DNA from: Octopus vulgaris | Lineage: Eukaryota | Assembly (NCBI GenBank): GCA_951406725.2 | Contig: OX597837.1 | Span: forward strand, 20,398,001-20,462,000 | Direction: 5' to 3' | Length of the DNA: 64,000 nucleotides | Part shown: positions 27,893 through 43,121 of the stretch, in pieces | Numbering within the stretch: the first letter of the stretch is position 1 | Layout: every line of letters starts with the position of its first letter | Made by a program: the position numbers and the translations under genes | Notes under the pieces: generated by a model | Seen by the model: only the letters and a program-made list of their open reading frames with translations | Told to the model about the DNA's origin: nothing | The model's database searches: none

Positions 27893-28294
27893 TTCAGTAA
27901 TCTTATTTTAATCACATGCTTTCACTTCACTACCGAGCGCATCTCTGTGTACCTTGGTTATGTGCTGTGGTTTGTTGCGATGCTCCTTATTTTTACTGTA
28001 TTGAAATTGTTTTACATAGGATGTGTGTGGTGCCTAGTAGTGCTGTTTTCTGTATGTTATAAATACTTGTTAGTCCTGATGTGTTTGTTATGTGTTTGTC
28101 TGAATATTTCTTATCATACCTAATGCGCCTACTATGATAGGAACTGTTTCTGTTTTTTGACTCCACATTCGAGTTACCTCTATTTCCGGGTCTTTATATT
28201 TTGAAAGTTTCTCCATTTCTTTTAGAGAAGCATTGTCATCTGATGGTATTGATACATCAATTAGAAAGCATTTTTTTCTCTTGATGATCTCTGA
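27893..28294 (-). mobile_element. Dong/R4 copy K (same family as H, inverted)
   Basis: SEIIKRKKCFLIDVSIP..KLSKYKD on minus strand; 3' UTR matches 25970-26070; 3' end abuts (TTA)n at 27770-27890. Confidence 0.88.
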
Positions 28295-28311
28295 CAACAA
28301 TAATAATAATA

Positions 28312-28990
<679 letters not shown>

Positions 28991-29234
28991 AATAATAATA
29001 ATGATAATAATAATCTGAGTTCAAATTCCGCCGAGATCAACTTTGCCTTTTATCATTTAAGGGTCGATAAAATAAGTACCAGTTAATCGATGGCATAATT
29101 ATTTTATTTTTAAAGGACTGGCAGTAATTTTATCATTCTATTTTGCCGAACCGCTAATTTACACGGACGTAAATGAAGCAAAACCGGTGGTTAAGCTGTT
29201 GTGGGGAATAAACACGAACATACAAACACACATA

Positions 29235-29277
<43 letters not shown>

Positions 29278-29320
29278 CATATGTATATATATACATATAT
29301 ATATACATACATATATATAT

Positions 29321-29356
<36 letters not shown>

Positions 29357-29391
29357 GTATGTATGTAAGTATGTATATACTCTTTTATACT

Positions 29392-29596
29392 CTTTTACTT
29401 GTTTCAGTCATTTGACTGCGGCCATGCTGGAGCACCGCCTTTAATCGAGCAACTCGACCCCGGGACTTATTCTTTTGTAAGCCCAGTACTTATTCTATTG
29501 GTCTCTTTTGCTGAACCGCTAAGTAACGGGGACATAAACACACCAGCACCGGTTGTCAATGTTAGGGGGACAAACACAGATACACAAACACACACA

Positions 29597-29635
<39 letters not shown>

Positions 29636-29752
29636 GACGGGCTTCTTTTCAGTTTCCATCTACCAAATCCACTCACAAGGCTTTGGTCGGCCCGAGACTA
29701 TAGTAGAAGACACTTGCCCAAGGTGCCACGCAGTGGGACTGAACCAAGAACC
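29392..29752 (-). mobile_element. tRNA-derived SINE, family 1
   Basis: cttttacttgtttcagtcatttgactgcggccatgctgg ... gtgggactgaacc. Confidence 0.9.
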
Positions 29753-30031
29753 TATATATATATATATATACATGCGAACATATATATACATACACAAATA
29801 TACGTACCTCCCTACATACATACATACATACATACATACATACATACATACATACATACATACATACATACATACATACATACATGTATACACACACACA
29901 CAAACACACACATAGACATGACTAAGGATATGTAAAACAAGTTGGGAACACAAAATAGTACTCGAATACCAAAGGTAGAGTAATGTGCCTTTCATTAAAG
30001 CAGCGTGTGAGTATGATCAGAGTATGATCAC

Positions 30032-30073
30032 AACTGTCCGACGAACGGTAACGTGAAACTCTGAGTAGCAGTT
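30032..30073 (+). ncRNA. Minimal hammerhead ribozyme-like motif (Penelope type)
   Basis: Stem I aactgt/gcagtt; core CCGACGA; stem II acg-gtaa-cgt; GAAA; stem III actc-t-gagt; GUA triplet. Confidence 0.6.
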
Positions 30074-30078
30074 TGTAA

Positions 30079-30124
<46 letters not shown>

Positions 30125-30634
30125 AACTTTTTTTCTCTACTAAAGCTCTATGAATGTGCCTTTATTTATCCCCATTCATTCGCCTCATACAAACTCGTTC
30201 TGTTCCATTCTTCTTGAAATAGCATTTTATGTTATTTTAATGTATTATCTTATTCACTATTCTTCTATTGATTCAACACCTGTTCACTCTACGTTACATT
30301 CTTTTCAATACAACGCTTGTCTCTCCGCTTCCCATTTCTCTTTTCCTACTTAACTTCCGTCCAAAGTATCTTGCATTTTTTTACCTTTCTCCCATCCACA
30401 CCACCTGTTCCACCCTATGACAAGACTCATCTATATGTGATATATATATATGTGTGTGTCGCATATATATATTGGAAACTTGACTTATGAATGGAAGGCT
30501 ACGAATGATTCGTGCTGGTTTTCCTGTTTCTGTTTGTAGCGTCTTTGCATATTTTTATTGTCGTCTGTTACGCTCATATTCAATTTTTGGGGACACACAC
30601 ACACACACAAACAAACACATATATATATATAAAT

Positions 30635-30711
<77 letters not shown>

Positions 30712-30842
30712 TACACACACATATATATACACATATGTATGTATGTGTATATACATATACATATATACAAATATATACATATAAATGTACATATATATAT
30801 TTGTATATATAGATATATGTATATATATATCTATATATATCC

Positions 30843-30876
<34 letters not shown>

Positions 30877-30899
30877 ATACTCACACAAATATATACTTA

Positions 30900-30994
30900 C
30901 AAATATACATATAAATGTACACATATATTTGTATATATCATATACATACACATATATAAATACGTGTCTCTGTGTATATGTGTGTGTGCGCGTG

Positions 30995-31041
<47 letters not shown>

Positions 31042-31209
31042 TAAGAAGGTTGCTTCTTCCCCACATGATTTAGGGTTCAATACCACGGCTTGGGACCTTG
31101 GGTTAGTCGTTAGTGCCTTCTCTTATAGCCTCGGGCCGACAAAAAGCCTTGCAGGTTGTATTTGGTACACGAAAACTGAAAGAAACTCGTCGCACGCGCG
31201 CTAGCGTAC

Positions 31210-31271
<62 letters not shown>

Positions 31272-31440
31272 CTGTCACTCCATCGGTTATGACGACAAGT
31301 GTTCCACTTGATCTGATCAATGAAACACCTTGCTCGTGAACTTAACATGCAAGTGGCTGATGCACGTGTGTGTACATGTATGTATGTATGCACGCATGTA
31401 TGTGTGTATATGTATGTACATATGTATGTTTGATATATGT
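30900..31440 (+). repeat. Local duplication unit 1 (copy 2 at ~35060-35510)
   Basis: Same microsatellite variants and same degenerate SINE mutations in both copies. Confidence 0.85.
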
Positions 31441-32076
31441 GTGAGTGCATTTATGTGTGTATGTATGTGTGTATGTATGTTTGTATGTATGTATGTATGT
31501 ATGTTTGTATGCATGTATGTATGATGTATGTGTGTGCATGCATATATATATATGTACGTATGTATGTATTGATGATGTATATGTGAGTGTATGCATGAAT
31601 GTGTATGTATGTATGTATGTATGTATGTATGTATGTATGTATGTATGTGTGTGTGTCTGTGTGCATAGGTGTATGTATGTATGTATGTACGTATGTATGT
31701 ATGCATGTATAAATTGTGCGTGAGTTAGTTCAGGATATATGTAGTAATTCAATAAACTAATTCAAATTTTAGCAAAAGAGAAACGCATTTTAACCATTTT
31801 AGCATTTAACGTGGCCTATCAGGTCAAATTATTCTACCTGTTTTTATGTTCAGATCTGTTAGGTATGGCCGCTCAATTCCGAGAATTAACAATTATATCT
31901 TCCAAAGTCGCACGAAAATGCAGAATGAAATCAAAATAATATTAATAAATAATCGTTACATTTCACAGAGTTACCTGAATGCTAAAGGATTAATACACAT
32001 TTGTGCCCTGGCTGTGTGGTAAGAAGCTAGCTTCCCAGCCACATGGTTCATATATATATATATATATATATATATA

Positions 32077-34205
32077 GATTCTTATGAGACGACGGACAAG
32101 GATTGCGAACCGCCTGAGCAAGCACACCAAAAGTGGTGAGAAGTCTCGGCTCGAGAGAATGCTAATGGAAATTGAGAAAAGTCTGCATCAGTCCCATGAA
32201 AAGGAGAGAGCAGATAAAGAAGCTTGGGTAATAGAAAATATAAAATCAAACCCTAAAGCTTTCTTTAAGTTTGCCAAAGAGACAGCCACAGTGCACCAGA
32301 GAATAGGACCTCTCTTCCAAAAAGATGGCTCTCTCACAGGAAATCCCACGAGGATAAGTGAAATACTGAACGAATAATTCCAAAGTGTGTTCACTACACC
32401 TCTAGGACACAGGCAAGTAAACAACCCAGAAGAATTCTTTGCCACTTTACCTGCGGCCAAAGAGGCAAAAATTGAGTACATCAACATCGAAGATGATGAT
32501 ATCACACTAGCCATAAATGAGATTGACACAAACTCAGCTGCTGGACCTGATGGATTCCCAGCGATCCTTCTCAAATCGTGCAAACGAGCCCTTGCAAAAC
32601 CGCTACAGCTTCTTTTTCAGAGCTTTCTTGCAAGTGGTAAGCTCCCAGTCAAATTGAAAGAGGGGGTAATATGCCCTATCCATAAGGGGGGTAGCAGAGC
32701 AGATGCTAAAATTATAGGCCTATCTCTCTGACCTCACACATCAGCTAAGTCATGGAACGAATAGTCCGTAAGAAACTAATCATGTTCCTAGCAGAAAATG
32801 ACTTGCTGTCTGACACCCAGTATGGATTTCGACCAGGTAGAAGCTGCCTAACACAGCTCCTGCAACACTATGACTGGGTGTTGAAACAGCTACTAAATGG
32901 CTCAAATGTGGATGTAATATATCTCGACTTTGCAAAAGCCTTTGATAAAGTCGACCATGGTATGATCTGTCACAAACTGCGTGGTCTCGGCATAGGCGGA
33001 AAACTTGGAGAGTGGCTGCACAACTTCCTAAAAGAGAGAAAGCAGGCAGTTGTGAGCAATGGAGCCACTTCCAAGGAAACACAAATAACAAGCGGTGTCC
33101 CACAGGGCACTGTCTTGGGGCCACTGATGTTCATAGTGGCCCTTTCAGACATGCCTTCAGTTGCTACGATGACCACCCTTGCTAGCTATGCAGATGACAC
33201 AAAAGTCTCCCACGCAATACAAAACCCTGAAAATATTGCGCATCTGCAACAGGAGTTGAACACAATATACAGGTGGGCTGAGGACAACAACATGCAGTTT
33301 AATGCAGGTAAGTTCCAGGCCATGCGTTACTGGCACACAAAGGTAAACGACGTGCAGACTGGATACACTGACCCAGGAAGAATTGCAATCCCTGAGTCCA
33401 AATCAGTGCGTGACCTGGGCATTGACATGAGCAATGATGCATCTTTCCAAGTGCATATTGCTAATCTGGTGATAAAATGCAGACGGCTACCTGGATGGAT
33501 TCTCCGAACTTTCAGAACAAAAGAGAAGGAGACACTGATGGTCCTATGGAAAACATTCGTTCTCAGCCGCTTGGACTACTGCTCCCAACTATGGTCACCA
33601 CACAATATAAAACTAACAGCAGAACTCGAAGCAAATCAAAGAAGCTACACAAAGAAAATCGTCTCAATGCAAAATATCAGCTACTGGGAAAGACTGAAGG
33701 TATTAAACCTCTTCTCCCTAGAGCGGAGGCGGGAGAGATATGCAGTGATATACATCTGGAAAATCCCGGAGGGTCTTGTCCCAAACTTTGGCATTCAAAG
33801 TTACCCCAACTTCAGAACGGGGCGCCACTGCATGGTGCCAAAGATTCCAACATCACCATCAAAATACAGGTCCAGATACTGCAACAGCTTGGGTTTCAGA
33901 GGACGACAGCTCTTTAACATTCTCCCTAAATGCCTGAGAGACTTGGTGTGGATGTGGGTTTCTTTAAAACTAAACTGGATCTCTTCTTGTGGTGGATGTG
34001 GGTTTCTTTAAAACTAAACTGGATCTCTTCTTGTCGGGAGTCCCAGATGAACCTACCTCACGACAGAAGACGCAGATGCGGGCAGCAGCGTCGAACTCCC
34101 ATGTTGATCAAGTGCCACGTATCAGAGGTGGATTCACATATTAGTGTAGCTCATTCAGCAGTGGTGCCCCAGCATGGCCGCAGTCTCCGGGCTAAAACAT
34201 TTTAA
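32077..34205 (+). mobile_element. 5'-truncated CR1/L2-group LINE, RT pseudogene
   Basis: AAGPDG, PIHKGG, QYGFRPGRSC, YLDFAKAFDKV, GVPQGTVLGP, YADDTK, RDLGI, RLDYCSQLWSP, LFSLERRR; one stop and frameshifts; (TA)n on both sides. Confidence 0.92.
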
Positions 34206-34214
34206 AGGATTTAA

Positions 34215-34266
<52 letters not shown>

Positions 34267-34269
<3 letters not shown>

Positions 34270-34418
34270 CGCAGGAGTGGCTGTGTGGTAAGTAGCTTGC
34301 TAACCAACCACATGGTTCCGGGTTCAGTCCCACTGCGTGGCATCTTGGGCAAGTGTCTTCTGCTATAGCCCCGGGCCGACCAATGCCTTGTGACGGAAAC
34401 TGAAAGAAGCCTGTCGTA

Positions 34419-34491
<73 letters not shown>

Positions 34492-34700
34492 ATATGTGTT
34501 TGTGTGTCTGTGTTTGTCCCCCTAGCATTGCTTGACAACCGATGCTGGTGTGTTTATGTCCCCGTCACTTAGCGGTTCGGCAAAAGAGACCGATAGAATA
34601 AGTACTGGGCTTACAAAGAATAAGTCCCGAGGTTGATTTGCTCGACTAAAGGCGGTGCTCCAGCATGGCCGCAGTCAAATGACTGAAACAAGTAAAAGAG
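34267..34700 (+). mobile_element. tRNA-derived SINE, family 1 (young copy)
   Basis: A box tggctgtgtgg, B box ggttcagtccc, internal (TA)n/(TG)n, tail ccagcatggccgcagtcaaatgactgaaacaagtaaaag. Confidence 0.92.
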
Positions 34701-34769
34701 AGAAAAAAGAGAGTATATATATATATATATATATATATACATACACGCACACACACAATATCAGATATA

Positions 34770-34815
<46 letters not shown>

Positions 34816-34865
34816 TAAAATCAAAATAAGCAACAAGGATATCCTTGTTGCTTATTTTGATTTTA
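34816..34865. repeat. Perfect 50 bp palindrome
   Basis: taaaatcaaaataagcaacaaggat|atccttgttgcttattttgatttta. Confidence 0.92.
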
Positions 34866-34941
34866 ATCACCTTATTTTGAAATTGTATGGATAATATCGT
34901 ACTAAAGTGGGTTGCCTCAACTTAAGTACCATATTCATATG

Positions 34942-35038
<97 letters not shown>

Positions 35039-35884
35039 ACAAATATACATATAAATGTACAAATATACATATAAATGTACACATATATTTGTATATATCA
35101 TATACATACACATATATAAATACGTGTCTCTGTGTATATGTGTGTGTGTGTGATAAGAATGTTGCTTATCCCCACATGATTTAGGGTTCAATACCACGGC
35201 TTGGGACCTTGGGTTAGTAGTCAGTGCCTTCTCTTATAGCCTCGGGCCGACAAAAAGCCTTGCAGGTTGTATTTGGTACACGAAAACTGAAAGAAACCCG
35301 TCGCACGGGCGCTAGCGTACGTGCGTGCGTGTGTGTGTGTGTGTGTTTGTGTGTAACTGTCACTCCATCGGTTATGACGACAAGTGTTCCACTTGATCTG
35401 ATCAATGGAACACCTTGCTCGTGAACTTAACATGCAAGTGGCTGATGCATGTGTGTGTACATGTATGTGTGTGCATGTATGTATGTATGCACGCATGTAT
35501 GTTTGATATATATACACATATATATATACACATGTATGTGTATATATATATATATATATTTCAACAATTGAGGGTAAAATTAATTAATTATTAATCAATT
35601 TCACCAAGTGTTCAGTATGCAAAGGGACCATTTAAGTCGAATTCAAATTATTACATTATATAAAAGGGCTTAGTAAAATAAATTACTTCGCCGCATACTG
35701 AACTCATTAGAAATAGCAGCTAAAAACTTATTTAAATATTTCTACTTAAAGAAAATCTCTATATATATCAATCACAAATATAAGGACATTAAAATCAAAC
35801 ACGTACGTTTCAATCTTGAAACGTATATAACCTTATATATATACACTTTAAATAATACTGTATATATGCGGCAAATTATTTGCT

Positions 35885-35936
<52 letters not shown>

Positions 35937-36495
35937 CATATATATATATATATACACATACATATAGTTAGTTAGAGGTTGAGAAACCAACTAAGGGATA
36001 GTACCTATCCAATACTCTTTTGCTCATTTACTCAATTAATCACCTGTCCCTATATGATTATATGCTTCCACACCCTTGTTTTTGCAATTACCATCTCTTT
36101 CTATTTGATAATCTGTACCACTAACACATGTGTATGTATTCATCTAATACATTGGAATAAATAGACATACCGGAACGTTTACCGTCTGATGTCTGTCGAT
36201 TTTATATATATACGTTCTTATTTGCCGTATACATATATATATATATATATATTCTCTTATTCTCTTATATATTTCAGTCCAATGATTGTGGCCATACTAC
36301 ACACACACACACACACACACGAAGGTACCACATGAGCCACCAATATCACTTGTGCTGACCTAGAAGCGGCAAGGCGTTCTTAATGTTCACTGGGTTTTCC
36401 CTTAACATGCGTATATTAGATTTGTGACTATTTTGTGGTACAGAAGTATTTTTGACTTCTATTTTTAGCGATGTAGATGCTCATGCAGTGCCTTC

Positions 36496-36546
<51 letters not shown>

Positions 36547-36548
<2 letters not shown>

Positions 36549-36690
36549 GCGAAAGAGTCAGCAGAAGTTCGCCATTACCTTCTGCCAGCTTAGGTATTTC
36601 GCTCACAAACATATACATCGCCCGGTCTGAGATTCGAACTCGCGATCCCTCGACCGCGAGTCCGCTGCTCTAACCACTAGGCCATGTGCC

Positions 36691-36692
<2 letters not shown>
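36547..36692 (-). mobile_element. SINE family 3, partial
   Basis: Reverse complement of the 13309 head. Confidence 0.85.
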
Positions 36693-36756
<64 letters not shown>

Positions 36757-36875
36757 ACTGGTACTTGATCTGATAAACGGAACAGCCTGCTCGTGAAATT
36801 GACATGCAAGTTGCTGAGCACTCCACTGACACACGTACCCTTAACGTGGTAGAGATAAATTAGCCTCTCCTCATT

Positions 36876-38465
<1,590 letters not shown>

Positions 38466-39130
38466 TATATATGCATAAGATAGATGCATATATTCATACA
38501 TATAAATAGATATATATATACATTTCTGCATATGCATACGTAAATATGTGAGCGTGTGTGTGTGTGTGTGTGTGTGAGTGTGTACATATTTATTGTTTTG
38601 GTGCTGTTATCGCAATGATATATATATATATATGTGTGCGTGTATATATATATATTGTATATATGTATGTATATGTGTGTGTGTGTGTGTAAATATAACC
38701 GAAATGTGTTAATTTTAGATATAGTTTAAACTTTAATTCTGTAAAAACAGCTGTTTTTAAAGATAAACAACATTATATAATTGCATAATTATGATATAAT
38801 TACATAACTATGATATAATTACATAATTGTGATATATAATTAACAAATTTTAAATTAAATTCTTTAAAAGCTGTGTTTGCTCTTATCCTTGATTTATTAC
38901 GCGCAATGTTAATCCGAAAACCATTTAACTAGTACCAATTTTCGGATTAACCCAACACACATTGCTGCTAATTTGGGTAAACTCAGCTTTATGATTGACT
39001 GAAATTAAACTAACTTAATTGTTCGTCTTAATGAAACAGCTGTTGAGCACAAGTAAAATATTAACTATGTGCGAAATTTACGCTTTTCTGTTTCATTCTA
39101 AATATGTAAGTATAAAAAATCGTTTTAGCC

Positions 39131-39231
<101 letters not shown>

Positions 39232-39234
39232 AGT

Positions 39235-39490
39235 GAAGGTGCATGGCTCAATGGTTAGAGCGTCGAGCTTATGATCGTGAGGTTGAGTTCGAATCCCGGA
39301 CCGGGCTGCGTGTTGTGTTCTTGAGCAAAACACTTTATTTCACGTTGCTCACTCAGCTGTAGAAATGAGTTGCCTTTCCTTTGCTTAGATCCGACCAAAG
39401 CCCTGTGAGTGGAGAGGAGAGGCTGGTGTGCATGGACGACTGCTGGTCTTCCTTGCCCGGACTTGTGCAATCATGACCGAAGGGGTCTCA
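39235..39490 (+). mobile_element. tRNA-derived SINE, family 4
   Basis: A box tggctcaatgg, B box gttcgaatccc; related copies 40092-40370 (-) and 62240-62555 (+). Confidence 0.82.
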
Positions 39491-40091
39491 ATATATAGGA
39501 GAGATGGTGTTAAATTAGAGGTTATAACTGTATTACATATATTTAATCCTGAGCATTGGTGTTAATGCTCACAAATTATAGGTAATGACAAAAATAATCT
39601 CGAGTTTATCAATATTCAAGGAAAGCAGAAAATGGAGATACAATTAATGGATAAGAATTTGATTTACATCAATTATCATTTATCAATGAATTACAAAAAG
39701 ATAATCTCATGTTACAGCTTTCGACCGGTCGAAAGTTTGTCAGTGGGTCAGCATGTAGCGCCAATTGATTATCACCGTTCCCACTTTCTCCTTTTGCTTT
39801 TTACTTATATTTTATTTACTTCTCCGCTCAGATGAAGTTTCGTGATTCAAATTGGTTTAACTAATTACCTACAATGATAACTGGCCTGAGCCTTTGTTCA
39901 TGCCTTTTCAGTACATGTCAAAAGAGTTCACACTGTGGCACCTGTTCCTTCTGCCAGCCTGCACAGCTATGCAATATGCAGCCGAATTTGCAATTCTTTC
40001 GCCGGGCTCAAGAGTCATACAAGGGTCTCACATTGGATTGTAAATAACTCATTTCAGTGATTCTTTATATATATATAGATAGATAGAAAGC

Positions 40092-40370
40092 TACCCTCCC
40101 AGGCACAAGTCCGGGCAAGGTAGTTTATGGAAGACCAGCAGTCGCCCATCCATACCGGCCTCTCCTCTCCACGCCACCAGTGTTATCCAAGGGAAAGGCA
40201 AAAGCCGATACAGCTTGGCACCTGTGACGTCGCAACTCATTTCTACAGCTGAGTGAACTAGAGCGACGTGAAATAAAGTGTCTTGCTCAAGAACACAACA
40301 CACAGTCCAGTCCGTGATTAAAACTCACAACCTCACGATCGTAAGCGCGACTCGCTAACAATTGAGCCAT
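40092..40370 (-). mobile_element. SINE family 4
   Basis: Reverse complement matches the 39235 and 62240 copies. Confidence 0.82.
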
Positions 40371-40521
40371 CACTATACACACTTATATATATACATAGTA
40401 ACAAACGAGATCCATAGAAAACACTTAGCGACGGTTTCGGTTTTTGGTTGAAGAGTCTGTCTGTGTTCTGTGCAAGTTTCTGTTACTACATACGTATAGT
40501 TGAATATTCTTCGTCTCTCTT

Positions 40522-40927
40522 AATCGTTTCATTCATTCGACTGTAGCCATGCTGGAGCACCGCCTTTAGTCGAACTAATTGACCCCAGGACTTATTCTTT
40601 GTAAGCCTAGTACTTACTCTATCGGTCTTTATTGCCGAACCGCTAATTTACGTGGACATAAACAAACTAACGTTGATCGTCAAGCGATGGTAGGGGTACA
40701 AACACAGACACAAATACACCCACGCAGACACACACACACACATATATATATATACATATATATACGACGTGTTTCTTTCAGTCTACGTCTACCAAATCCA
40801 TTCACAAAGCTTTGATCGGCCCGAGGTTATAGTAGAAGCCACTCGCCCAAGGTGCCACGCAGTGGGACTGAACCCGGAACCACAAGGTTGGGAAGCAAGC
40901 TTCTTATCATGTAGCCACTCCTGCGTC
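40522..40927 (-). mobile_element. SINE family 1
   Basis: Full head-to-tail match to family 1. Confidence 0.88.
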
Positions 40928-41019
40928 TGAAAATATTGTCTTTGTTTTCTCTATTTCCATGTATACATGTATATACATTTTGTATATCAAACCCAAACAC
41001 TTTTGTTTATTTGACTCAT

Positions 41020-41050
<31 letters not shown>

Positions 41051-41264
41051 CTATCTATATATATATATATATATATATATCCATAAATATGTAGCTTTTC
41101 TCTGTTGGTTTTTTTTCATTCTCTCCCCATTTTTTCCTCGGATTTCTTTCTGTCGAAGAGCGTAGGCTTGGAATGTAAAAGACTTCCATTTTCCCCAAGC
41201 ATCTAATATACCTGCATGTTGTTCATACATCTGTCTTCCTCTTTTGTTTTTCAATAAGTTTCGA

Positions 41265-41303
<39 letters not shown>

Positions 41304-41306
<3 letters not shown>

Positions 41307-41698
41307 GTACGTGCCGTCAGTAATTACTCAGGGTAGGCATTTGGTGACCTTTATGAAGGAAAATGCACACAAAATACGCGAAACACAGGCTCGCGACTGA
41401 GTTGTTGGCAGATTTACTTCTGCCTTTGTAGCACGTAAAGAAAACGTTGTTGTAGGAATGTACGCGACACGTGTGCTACAGCATTATTGTGCATAGCTTA
41501 AATACTGAGATTGAAATGCAGGGACGAATTATGCCAACCTAATCTATAAAAAGATAAAATATCTTGCATTTTATGCATAGTAATCAGAGTAATCTTCATA
41601 ATTTTATCGAGTTAGGTGCATATTTTGCCAAGAAAGGAAAATGTTATCGAACTATTTTATCCAAGGTAAGCACTACCTACCTAGACGGCACGTCCCTG
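41304..41698. mobile_element. MITE / non-autonomous DNA transposon (hAT-like ends)
   Basis: TIRs caggtacgtgccgtc / gacggcacgtccctg (14 of 15 complementary); no clear TSD. Confidence 0.65.
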
Positions 41699-42154
41699 AT
41701 AACATAATGTGATGGGTTTCTTTCAGATTCTGCCAGTCAATCCACTCACCAGGCTTTGGCCGGCCAGAGGCTATTGTGAACCGTGGTGACTGAACCCAAG
41801 ACCACATAGTTAGAAAACAAGCTTCTTTAACCACGCCTGCACCTATACGTGAAATTTATGATTTTCTAATTGTATTCTAAATATGTTAATTTGAAAGATC
41901 ATTATAGCTCATTATCTATATACATGCTAGCCAGTCCTACCCGTTTCCTATCATAAGCTGGTAAATCGAGCCTGCTTTTCGTTTGAAATATTCACTGAGC
42001 GAATATTTTTTTGAAATATGAAATGAAAGTTTGAAAGAAACGCTTATCTTTATGTTGCTTTGTTTTAAAACCTTTTTCAACGGTGCCTGCAAAAACGGCT
42101 GGTTCAAGCTCATGTTTTTGATTTTATTTCTGGCTTTCAAGTAATATTGATTTT

Positions 42155-42530
42155 AAATTTTAGCACAAGGTCAGCAATTTCGGAGGTGTGGGTAAGTCGA
42201 CTACAGTACTCAATTGGTACATATTTTATCGACCCCAGCAGCATTTGAACTCTGAACATAAAGTCGAAAGAAATGATGCTAGCCATTTTGTCCAGCTCGC
42301 CGGATTAGTTCTCACAGCGAGTTGGCAAAATTGTTAACATGCCGGGAAAAATGCTTGGCGGCATTCCGTCCGCTTTTACGGTCTTTGTTCAAATTCTGCT
42401 GAAGTCGACTTTGCCTTTCATTTTTTCGGGATCGAAAAGATAAGTACCAGTTGAGCACTGGAGTCGGTGTAATCGACTTAAACTCTTACCCCGAAATTGC
42501 TGGCCTTGTGCCAAAATTTAAAATCAATAT
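42155..42530. mobile_element. Head-to-head pair of SINE family 2 copies
   Basis: Minus copy ~42155-42302, plus copy ~42317-42530. Confidence 0.75.
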
Positions 42531-43121
42531 TATAAACGTCTTAAACTCAGCCGAAGTCCTGAATCTGCGCTGCAGTTTAAGTAATATTTTAAAGCAATAC
42601 TTTTAATGTTTTTAAAAACTTGTGTATGCGCCCGTGCAGACGGGCACATAAGGTCACATGTAAGTTCATATATGCATATATACACATATCCACATATATT
42701 AAAACATATATCAATAAACTATATTAAACATTTCGAAGCAAACATTTTTTTTTCCTGAAACTGATCGTAATTCAAGGAGGTTTGTATTTACATAAAAGAT
42801 ACTTAGCCGCATGCATACAAGGCGCTAACAGTTCAGTTCTTTTATTCAAAACGTCAAGACGGTTATATAACCAGAAATGAAATCAAAAACGTGAGCTTGA
42901 AGGAGTAGTTTTCCCACGCGTCGTTCACAAAGATTTTTAAACAAAAGAATATAAGAGTAAGCATTTTCTTCAAAATTTTGTATGCCAAAAACCCATTTAC
43001 ACATTGAGTATCTCAAAAGAAAAGCAGGCACGGTTTACCAGCTGACGATCGGAGATGAGTAACCACGAGAACTGGAAATCTGAGCCTTTCATTTATAATG
43101 TATTAAAGACTATTCTGCATT

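Noticed and set aside
39718-39735. Palindrome ctttcgaccggtcgaaag as a hammerhead
   Set aside because: Core on the minus strand (ctgacaa...gaaagctgta) is too degenerate to call.
42626-42651. GC hairpin gcgcccgtgcagacgggcac as a Helitron 3' end
   Set aside because: No CTRR terminus at the expected distance and no identifiable 5' end.
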